A stretch of 53,482 bases of DNA. It comes from Candidatus Kaiserbacteria bacterium RIFCSPHIGHO2_02_FULL_49_16. GTDB lineage: Bacteria; Patescibacteriota; Minisyncoccia; Phycocordibacterales; UBA2100. The DNA lies in NCBI GenBank assembly GCA_001781465.1, contig MFLD01000043.1:767-54248 (forward strand). The letters are read 5' to 3'. The notes beneath the pieces are model-generated. The model did not search any database. It was not told the DNA's origin and worked only from the letters and a program-made list of their open reading frames with translations. A program made the translations under genes and the position numbers. Positions 8,715 through 15,866 of this stretch are shown here, piece after piece (the first letter of the stretch is position 1; each line of letters starts with the position of its first letter).

Positions 8715-9446
8715 TCAATCCTGAAATTCCGTTCCAAGCAAATTCCAAATCTCGGAAGCGGAAATAACGCCCTCGCGCAAAATGACAGGCTCGTTTCCGG
8801 TCAAGTCCACAATTGTGGAAGGTAGCCGTTCTTCTCCGCCATCTGGCGGATTTCCCGCATCAATAACCAGATCTATATTTGATTTCTCTCTCATCGCAGT
8901 CTTTTGCCCGCCTGCGCCGAGGCTTCGGCGGGCAGGCAAAACACTAGCATAAGAATTATTGACGCCGAGCTGTTTCAAGATCGCTTTTATAGTGCGTTCG
9001 GTTTTGTTCCCGCTTTTATTTGCGCTGGTTGTCGTAATTGGTGTTCCGATTTTTTTTACAAGCGCAATGCAGAATTTATGATTCGGAATGCGAAAACCGA
9101 TTTTTCTTATTCCCTTTCCGATGCCGGTCTTAACGGCGGCTTTCTTCTTGAGTATCAATGTCAGGGGTCCCGGCAAGAATTCTTTTGCGAGCATGCGTGC
9201 GAAGTCAGAAACTTCCGCATATTTTTCTATCATCTTGATATCCGCGACTATGGCGTGAATTGGCTTTTTCTCGTCGCGTCCCTTTAATTTATATATTTTA
9301 CCGACCGCCTTATTCGAAAAAGCGTCCGCTCCCAGTCCGTAGACCGTGTCGGTAGGGTAAAGAATAATTCCGCCCGCGCGCAATATTTTGATGGAATTTT
9401 TTACACACGCAGTTATGCCCTGTTTGTTGAGACTCAAGACTTCCAT
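8715..9446 (-). CDS. tsaC: L-threonylcarbamoyladenylate synthase (TsaC/Sua5/YrdC)
   Basis: YPTDTVYGLG, KGR..KP, PGPLT, RIP, TTSANKSG, PSTIVD, LREG; start trimmed to ATG 9446; carries palindromic in-frame inserts. Confidence 0.93.
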   Translation of the reverse strand: MEVLSLNKQGITACVKNSIKILRAGGIILYPTDTVYGLGADAFSNKAVGKIYKLKGRDEKKPIHAIVADIKMIEKYAEVSDFARMLAKEFLPGPLTLILKKKAAVKTGIGKGIRKIGFRIPNHKFCIALVKKIGTPITTTSANKSGNKTERTIKAILKQLGVNNSYASVLPARRSLGAGGQKTAMREKSNIDLVIDAGNPPDGGEERLPSTIVDLTGNEPVILREGVISASEIWNLLGTEFQD

Positions 9447-9516
9447 ACCTTTATTATCCCCTATTTCCGGAGTTATCTCATCTTGTCCGTACCATTGAGT
9501 GCTATCATGTACGTTA

Positions 9517-10236
9517 ATGCTCTCCAGATGGCAAAACATGAAGCAACGTGCAATAAGCATGCGGCGGCATGGTGCATCCGTTCGTGATATTGAGAAACGA
9601 CTTGGCATTCGCCGTTCTACATTGAGCTACTGGTTCACAAAGGTGCCACTATCCGAACATCATCTCAAACTCCTGAAAAAACGAGCCGACAATGCGCTTG
9701 TGAAAGCTCGTGTCGAAGCAGTAAAGTGGCACAATGCGCAAAAAACCGCACGAATGGAACTAGCATCCGCACAAGCGGTGCAGACGATAAGAAACATTGA
9801 TTTAAATAATAATTATATAGCAGAACTAGCACTGGCCATCTTATATCTCGGCGAGGGTGCAAAAAAATCGGTAGCAACTGCACTCGGCAATTCTGACCCA
9901 TTAGTGCTTCGCTTTTTTATCTCAATGTTAAAGCGACTTTATAATGTACCGGTTTCGGATATGAGATGTTATCTGCATCTGCGTGCCGATCAAGACCCTA
10001 AAAAAATAATCCGGTATTGGTCGTCAGCGCTCGAAATACCACCTCAAAATTTTCGGAAGCCGATTTTGGACAAGCGGACATCTGGCAGAGCAACATATCC
10101 GCATTACAAAGGTGTTTGTATTATCGAGTGTTCCCGCGTGGCAATACAAAGAAAACTGGTATATATTGCAAACATGTTCTGTAATCAAATAACAGAACAG
10201 TGGGCGGTTAGCTCAGCTGGTAGAGCGTCCGCTTGA
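9517..10236 (+). CDS. HTH + LAGLIDADG-like domain protein overlapping tRNA-Val
   Basis: N-terminal HTH (RAISMRRHGASVRDIEKRLGIRRSTLSYW); LAILYLGEGAK and NSDP motifs; reading frame runs 35 nt into the tRNA. Confidence 0.7.
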   Translation: MLSRWQNMKQRAISMRRHGASVRDIEKRLGIRRSTLSYWFTKVPLSEHHLKLLKKRADNALVKARVEAVKWHNAQKTARMELASAQAVQTIRNIDLNNNYIAELALAILYLGEGAKKSVATALGNSDPLVLRFFISMLKRLYNVPVSDMRCYLHLRADQDPKKIIRYWSSALEIPPQNFRKPILDKRTSGRATYPHYKGVCIIECSRVAIQRKLVYIANMFCNQITEQWAVSSAGRASA

Positions 10237-10275
10237 CGTGCGGAAGGTTCACAGGTTCGATCCCTGTACCGCCCA
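10202..10275 (+). tRNA. tRNA-Val(GAC)
   Basis: GGGCGGT/ACCGCCC acceptor, TAGCTCAGCTGGTAGAGC D-arm, TCCGC-TT-GAC-GT-GCGGA, ACAGG-TTCGATC-CCTGT; CCA not encoded. Confidence 0.94.
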
Positions 10276-10289
10276 CAAAAGGAAAACTG

Positions 10290-11084
10290 TCACTGCCCGC
10301 CTAAGTTATCGACTGCTTTCACCACGAGCCCCAAGCAATACTTAAGCCGTTCGGTAATATCCTGTTCCTTCAGCCGGATTACATGCCAACCGTTTCGCTT
10401 TAGGAATTCGTCTTTCTTTTTGTCTTTGGCTATCTGCACTCCGGAATGCGCCTTGAGATTGTCGCATTCAATGGCGATGCGCCCGTTCCGGCAAAAGATC
10501 GCCAAATCAAGACGGTATCTTTTTCCTCCTTTTGACACGGAAAATTCTTTTTCTGTTTTGATGCTAAGTTTCTGCAATCCCCTCTCTACAATTTGCTCCG
10601 TGGGAGAAACGCCGTATAGCTCCAAAATATCTCCCGCTTTCAGCAAAGATTTCAGCGTCGTAAAACCGAAAGACACTCTGCGCGGCACTATATTTTTTAT
10701 CGGGTACGCAAGCTTTTTTATCCACGCCAATTCTATTTGCAGATAATCATCATGCGCGCGAGGATGAGCTTGTTCTTTCGGCAACAAGTCTATCCTCTTT
10801 GCCACAGTTCTATTTTTCACCCGCGCATAGTATTGAATGCGCTTGCCGAATCTTCCGAATTCTACCGGCTGATAAAAAGCCAAATGAGTGAACTTCCGCC
10901 GAGGCAGATATGCAATCGGAATTCTGTACCAGTTCTTTTTTAGCATGATGCGGAGGTCGCGTTTATTTTTCAACACGCAGACCAAAACAATCTTTTTCCG
11001 CCGTGAAGTTTTCTTGTCTTTCTTCATTTTATTGACAAACCTCCGAAGGTTAAACCTTCGGAGGTTGTGAAGATTTTTTGCCAT
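10290..11084 (-). CDS. DUF559 (Vsr-like) endonuclease with an additional N-terminal domain
   Basis: C-terminal YRLDLAI...IAIECD...H...D..KDEFLKRNGWHVIRL; alternative start ATG 11027 downstream of a palindrome. Confidence 0.8.
   Translation of the reverse strand: MAKNLHNLRRFNLRRFVNKMKKDKKTSRRKKIVLVCVLKNKRDLRIMLKKNWYRIPIAYLPRRKFTHLAFYQPVEFGRFGKRIQYYARVKNRTVAKRIDLLPKEQAHPRAHDDYLQIELAWIKKLAYPIKNIVPRRVSFGFTTLKSLLKAGDILELYGVSPTEQIVERGLQKLSIKTEKEFSVSKGGKRYRLDLAIFCRNGRIAIECDNLKAHSGVQIAKDKKKDEFLKRNGWHVIRLKEQDITERLKYCLGLVVKAVDNLGGQ
11038..11066. repeat. 29-bp palindrome, AGGTnnnACCT core
   Basis: aacctccgaaggtt-a-aaccttcggaggtt. Confidence 0.8.
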
Positions 11085-11103
11085 TCTTCATATTTAAGCT
11101 CTC

Positions 11104-12972
11104 TCATTTCATCTTTATAACTTTCGGCGGTTCTTTTTCTTTGTATTCTTCTTCGGATTCTATTTCGTCTACATCAACTTCTTCCGGCGGCAACTCATCT
11201 CTGAATCCACCGGCCTGGATTTTCCACAACTTTTGATAAAGCCCTTTGTCTTCCAACAACTGTTGATGAGTTCCTTCGGCTACCACATTCCCCTTCTCTA
11301 AAACGATTATCCTGTCCATTTTCATAATCGTAGAGAGGCGGTGCGCTATAACGATGACAGTTTTGTCTTTCATTAGGGTTTCAAGCGCGTCCTGAATAAG
11401 AGCTTCGGACTCGGAGTCCAAACTAGATGTAGCTTCATCCAGCAAAAGAACAGGCGCATTTTTGAGAATCGCTCTAGCGATTGCAACGCGCTGGCGCTCC
11501 CCGCCCGAGAGCTTGATGCCCCGTTCGCCCACAAACGTGCCATAGCCCTGATTCAAACGCGAAATGAATTCGTGGCAGTGCGCTTTTTTCGACGCTTCAA
11601 CCACCTCTTCGTCAGTCGCGCCGCGCCGCCCGTAACGAATGTTTTCCATGAGAGGGCGGTGGAACAAAACCGGTTCTTGCGGCACGAAAGCTATCGATTC
11701 GCGCAAACTATCCTGCGTCACTTTTGCAATGTCCTGCCCGTCAATAAAAATGTTCCCGCCTTTCAGATCAAACATTCTTAATAGAAGTTTTGTTATGGTT
11801 GATTTGCCCGCGCCAGAGGGTCCGACCAATCCGACTTTTTCTTTGGGCTCAATTTGCAGGTTCAGTCCGACAAGGAGCGGATTAGCCGGGCTGAAAGAAA
11901 AATTAACATCTTTGAGAACGATTCCGCCTTTTGTAACTTTCATGGGCTCTGCGCCCGGCGCGTCTCGCACGTCGTGCTTCTGCTCAAGAATGTAGACCAT
12001 TTCGCTCGAGTCAGCGAGCGCGTCGTAGAAGCGGCGCAATTCACGGTTGATGCTAACGAGGCGGTCAAACGTCGTCATAAGGTATGCTTGAATCAGGACG
12101 AAATCCCCGATTGTTAGCAATCCCTTCCCCCAATACACCGTAGCAACCCACAGCAAGATAACTTCGATTACTATCATGAAGAACCCGATTCCAGACCATA
12201 TCCAGTTGTCTGCAAGCCAAGAGCGTAGTGTCGCTTTGCGCCATATATTTACAACCCCCTTAAAGAGACCGAGCTCGTGACTCGAGCCGGAAAAAAGCAT
12301 TATCGTAGGGTGGTTTGAAATAGCATCTGCAAGCGTACCGGTTATTCTCGTGTCCGCTTCCGCCCGCGCGGCTCGCACGGGCTGGCGGAGTTTCGCGACG
12401 TATATCTGAAATGCCATGAACAATACCGACCACACTCCGAGCGCAATGCCGAGCGTATGATTGCGTATGTAGAGAACCGTGACGGCTCCGCACACGAATA
12501 AAAACGTCGGGAAAAATTGCAGGGCAACGGCGTCAAACATCACTTCGAAAGCGCGGGAGAATTTGCTTACGCGATGCGTGAGAGAGCCGGCAAAATTGGA
12601 TGTGAAAAAATTGTATGAGTGTCCGATGAGATACTCGAATGCTCTTGAGAACAAGTCTGTCATTACGCGCGACTCAAGCGCTATGTTGCTGAAATCCTGG
12701 AGCCGCCGCATCGCCCAGCTAGCAAGCCAAATGAGCGCCACGATAACGATGATGCCGAGCAACTGACTGACTGTTGCCGCATTCGGTGGCTGGGAAGCCA
12801 ATACATTGAAAAACTCCTTCAGGTACCACGGGGCGGCAAGGTCTGCGACCTGCAAGCCGATGACTCCTATGAATACGAGAAAAATGAAAATCGGGTATCG
12901 AATTACGCTTCTGAAGTAAGTGTGTAAAACCTGTCTGGCGGTGGCGTATTTCCTCTTAATTCCATCATCCAT
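11104..12972 (-). CDS. ABC transporter, fused permease/ATP-binding (ABCB-type exporter)
   Basis: N-terminal TM domain; GPSGAGKS, LSGGERQR, LLLDEATSSLD, IAHRLST. Confidence 0.95.
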   Translation of the reverse strand: MDDGIKRKYATARQVLHTYFRSVIRYPIFIFLVFIGVIGLQVADLAAPWYLKEFFNVLASQPPNAATVSQLLGIIVIVALIWLASWAMRRLQDFSNIALESRVMTDLFSRAFEYLIGHSYNFFTSNFAGSLTHRVSKFSRAFEVMFDAVALQFFPTFLFVCGAVTVLYIRNHTLGIALGVWSVLFMAFQIYVAKLRQPVRAARAEADTRITGTLADAISNHPTIMLFSGSSHELGLFKGVVNIWRKATLRSWLADNWIWSGIGFFMIVIEVILLWVATVYWGKGLLTIGDFVLIQAYLMTTFDRLVSINRELRRFYDALADSSEMVYILEQKHDVRDAPGAEPMKVTKGGIVLKDVNFSFSPANPLLVGLNLQIEPKEKVGLVGPSGAGKSTITKLLLRMFDLKGGNIFIDGQDIAKVTQDSLRESIAFVPQEPVLFHRPLMENIRYGRRGATDEEVVEASKKAHCHEFISRLNQGYGTFVGERGIKLSGGERQRVAIARAILKNAPVLLLDEATSSLDSESEALIQDALETLMKDKTVIVIAHRLSTIMKMDRIIVLEKGNVVAEGTHQQLLEDKGLYQKLWKIQAGGFRDELPPEEVDVDEIESEEEYKEKEPPKVIKMK

Positions 12973-13061
12973 TCAGTCATCCTATCGTACTAGAACTCTT
13001 TGGGCTATTCTCCTCTCAAAACAAGAGTTATGAGTTACGAGCAACAAGCACTGTCTTAGAA

Positions 13062-13101
13062 TTCCTTATGCGCTAATTCGCGCGAATTAGCGCATAAGGA
13101 A
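13062..13101. repeat. 40-bp perfect palindrome
   Basis: ttccttatgcgctaattcgcgcgaattagcgcataaggaa. Confidence 0.85.
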
Positions 13102-13180
13102 ACATAACTATGAAATCCTTGCGGGCACTATCTTTCATGGTGGTTTTGGGTGTAGGATGTGCGCGGAAGGGGGTGATTAA

Positions 13181-13384
13181 ATGGAAACCCTTGGATGGAT
13201 TTTCTCAATTGCGGGTTCTTTTGCATTGAGTGGTTTCTTGTGGACAAAAACTCACAAGAACGACTCGAGGGAGGAGCTCGCGATTATCGGTTGGATTCTC
13301 TTGGCGGTTGGGGCGGTAATACTGACTGCGGGCGGATTCGGCTGGTTGGAGTGGTGGAGGCTGGGTCTTCCGCAGCCAACCTAG
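13181..13384 (+). CDS. Small hypothetical membrane protein (2 TM)
   Basis: 67 aa with two hydrophobic segments; SD-like GGGGTGA upstream; hairpin agcgcgtggc..gccacgcgct right after the stop. Confidence 0.6.
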   Translation: METLGWIFSIAGSFALSGFLWTKTHKNDSREELAIIGWILLAVGAVILTAGGFGWLEWWRLGLPQPT

Positions 13385-13467
13385 CGCGTGGCAATCCCGC
13401 CACGCGCTCATCATTTAATTTACTAGGTAAGTGGTAATTTATTTTATGCTGTGTACTATCATCAGCG

Positions 13468-14742
13468 ATGAAGATATTAGGTATAGAAACAAGTTGCGAC
13501 GAGTCCGCCGTGTGTTTAATTGAAGCGCGAGGAAATTTTGATAAAGATTTTCATTTTCAGATACTCGGAAATTCTCTCATTTCTCAAATTGCGATACACG
13601 CGCAGTATGGCGGCGTATTTCCTAATCTGGCAAAAAGAGAACACGCCAAAAATCTCGTCCCTTTACTTGAACAAACGCTCCTACAATCCGTGACTTCTTG
13701 TCAAGGCGACGCCTTGCCAAAAAAAATTCCAGAGGAGTTGCAAATCCTACTTGCGAGAGAGCGGGCATTATATGAAAAGCTCACCGTTTTTCTTCACAAA
13801 TACGGGAAGCCGGAAATCGATTCTATCGCCGTAACCATCGGCCCCGGCCTTGAACCGGCCTTGTGGGTCGGCGTTAATTTCGCGCGCGCGCTAGCACTGG
13901 TGTGGAATGTTCCGATAATCGCTGTCAATCATATGGAAGGCCATCTTATACTCTCTATGATGGAAATTCAGCCGCATCCAAACTATTCTCAAATTCTCAA
14001 GAATTTGAGAATAGAAGGAAGCATGCGTAGAATTCAGTTTCCGATGCTTGCGCTTTTGATATCCGGAGGACACACGGAATTGGTTCTTTCTGAACGATGG
14101 CAACAATACAAAATCCTAGGTGCCACGCGCGATGATGCTGTGGGTGAAGCTTTTGACAAGGTCGCGCGCTTGCTTGGGCTTCCATATCCGGGCGGTCCTC
14201 AAATTTCTGCGTTAGCGAAATTTGCGCGGAACGACGCAGACTTGACGCAGAAAAACGCAGAAAAAATCAAGCTCCCCCGTCCCATGTTGAATAGTGGCGA
14301 CTTGGATTTCTCCTTTGCGGGCTTAAAAACTGCAGTTCGCAGACTCATTGAATCCGAAGGTCTGACCTTATTAAGGTCCGACCTTGAGACCCCTTTAAGG
14401 TCGGACATTGAATCGGACCTTGACGCATTCAGAATGCAGGTTGCCAGAGAATTTGAAGATGCCGTCACGGATGTGTTAGTCGGAAAAACAATGAAGGCCG
14501 TTGATGAATACGGAATTCAAACGGTAGTAGTCGGAGGCGGAGTTTCCGCAAACTCGTACATCCGCCTTCTCCTTGCCGAAGCTTTAGCGAAGGCGGGTTT
14601 GCCTCCTCCCCTAGTACCCGCTCCAGGACTTGCTACTGACAATGCGCTAATGATCGCGCTCGCGGGATATTTTCGCGCGCTCAATAAAGAGTTTGCCGAC
14701 CCATCTGAATTGCGTGCAAACGGCAATCTGAAACTCGTCTGA
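13468..14742 (+). CDS. tsaD: tRNA N6-threonylcarbamoyltransferase TsaD
   Basis: ILGIETSCDE, GPGL, NHMEGH, SGGHT, DDAVGEAFDK, YPGG, FSFAGLKT, GGVSAN, TDNALMI. Confidence 0.97.
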   Translation: MKILGIETSCDESAVCLIEARGNFDKDFHFQILGNSLISQIAIHAQYGGVFPNLAKREHAKNLVPLLEQTLLQSVTSCQGDALPKKIPEELQILLARERALYEKLTVFLHKYGKPEIDSIAVTIGPGLEPALWVGVNFARALALVWNVPIIAVNHMEGHLILSMMEIQPHPNYSQILKNLRIEGSMRRIQFPMLALLISGGHTELVLSERWQQYKILGATRDDAVGEAFDKVARLLGLPYPGGPQISALAKFARNDADLTQKNAEKIKLPRPMLNSGDLDFSFAGLKTAVRRLIESEGLTLLRSDLETPLRSDIESDLDAFRMQVAREFEDAVTDVLVGKTMKAVDEYGIQTVVVGGGVSANSYIRLLLAEALAKAGLPPPLVPAPGLATDNALMIALAGYFRALNKEFADPSELRANGNLKLV

Positions 14743-14755
14743 TTTACTTTCCATT

Positions 14756-15808
14756 CTATGCCTCTGTGTCGAGAAGATGCTGACGATATTGGACCGATTC
14801 TGTCGGAAGAATATCTTCGCACTCCTCTTTTCCTTCCTCAATTGATTTCCTCAACTCATCTAATCTGCTATATATACTTGGATCATCAATGAAACGAAGG
14901 TTATTCATGCCGAATCTCCGGTCTGGTTCATACCTACGAAAATCATGCGCAACAACTTCGACATCCGCACGCCTCCATTTGCCATGCATGTACTGGTATA
15001 GAAAACTCGCGGTTTCGAGGTACTCTCTAAGGTCCTCATCAAGAGCATAAATCATACCCTTCCAAAAAATGGTCTCCCCTTTATAATTTCTAACAGTTCG
15101 CATGGGCAAAAAGCTCCTTTCTCCTTTTAATTTTATGTAGCCGAGTGGTTTCTGGCGCTCAAAAAGGACTATGCCGCGCCGCGCATGTATTTCAGCGCCT
15201 GGTATTATGTCCAATGTTACGCGATTGATTTCTTCGCAACCGCCACAGTCTCCGATCTCATCAACCTTGGCATTACTGAGAACATTCCAGGAGTCTTCAT
15301 AGTTTATTTGTATTGCACCAAGCATTAAGTCAATTGAGACATCGCGTATACGTATGGAAGATGCTTCAATTTTATGTAAGGGGCTCTTTGAGAAATTTGT
15401 CCAATCGAGACGCGCCTCCTCGAATGTCGAACCAGTGAAATCGGTATTTCGGCAATCTGCGTGAATTAGGCCCGCGCCATTTAAATTATATCCTAGCATC
15501 TCGGTATGAATAATGGACTTACGCGTCAAATTAATATTTGATAGGTTTTTAAGACCATAGTGTATTGCGTCGACTAACGTCTGGTGGCCGAGTTCGCGAA
15601 AAGTAGCTCTGCTTTCCTCTATGTTCACACACATGCGGTGGATGTCAGAGACTTTAACTGCTTGCCGATTCAAGTCGGCTATCAAGTGCTGTGACAGTGA
15701 CTCTCTCTGCTTCAAATGCCCGAAGCGTACGAGTAAATCTTGTGCTTGCTGTTCGGGAGTAGAATCGTCTTTAAGATATTGGGGGCCGCTTTTATATTCC
15801 AATACCAT
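14756..15808 (-). CDS. Hypothetical protein with a short pentapeptide-repeat region
   Basis: NLNGAGLIHADCRNTDFTGSTFEEARLDWTNFS; start trimmed to ATG 15808 (TACAAT 6 nt upstream). Confidence 0.7.
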   Translation of the reverse strand: MVLEYKSGPQYLKDDSTPEQQAQDLLVRFGHLKQRESLSQHLIADLNRQAVKVSDIHRMCVNIEESRATFRELGHQTLVDAIHYGLKNLSNINLTRKSIIHTEMLGYNLNGAGLIHADCRNTDFTGSTFEEARLDWTNFSKSPLHKIEASSIRIRDVSIDLMLGAIQINYEDSWNVLSNAKVDEIGDCGGCEEINRVTLDIIPGAEIHARRGIVLFERQKPLGYIKLKGERSFLPMRTVRNYKGETIFWKGMIYALDEDLREYLETASFLYQYMHGKWRRADVEVVAHDFRRYEPDRRFGMNNLRFIDDPSIYSRLDELRKSIEEGKEECEDILPTESVQYRQHLLDTEA

Positions 15809-15866
15809 AGGGCAATTGTACGACTTGCGGCTTTTTCTTCCAAGCAAATCCTGTTACGATGCCTTA

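Noticed and set aside
7380..8748. Similar small ORFs 7380-7595 and 8470-8748 as a protein family
   Set aside because: They are translations of the 170-nt element; copy 1 has an early stop in that frame, and the variation preserves base pairing rather than codons.
15621..15866. N-terminal extension of valS (and similar extensions of pdxS, pdxT, tsaC, dnaG)
   Set aside because: They overlap neighbouring genes or repeats; downstream starts fit the family N-termini.
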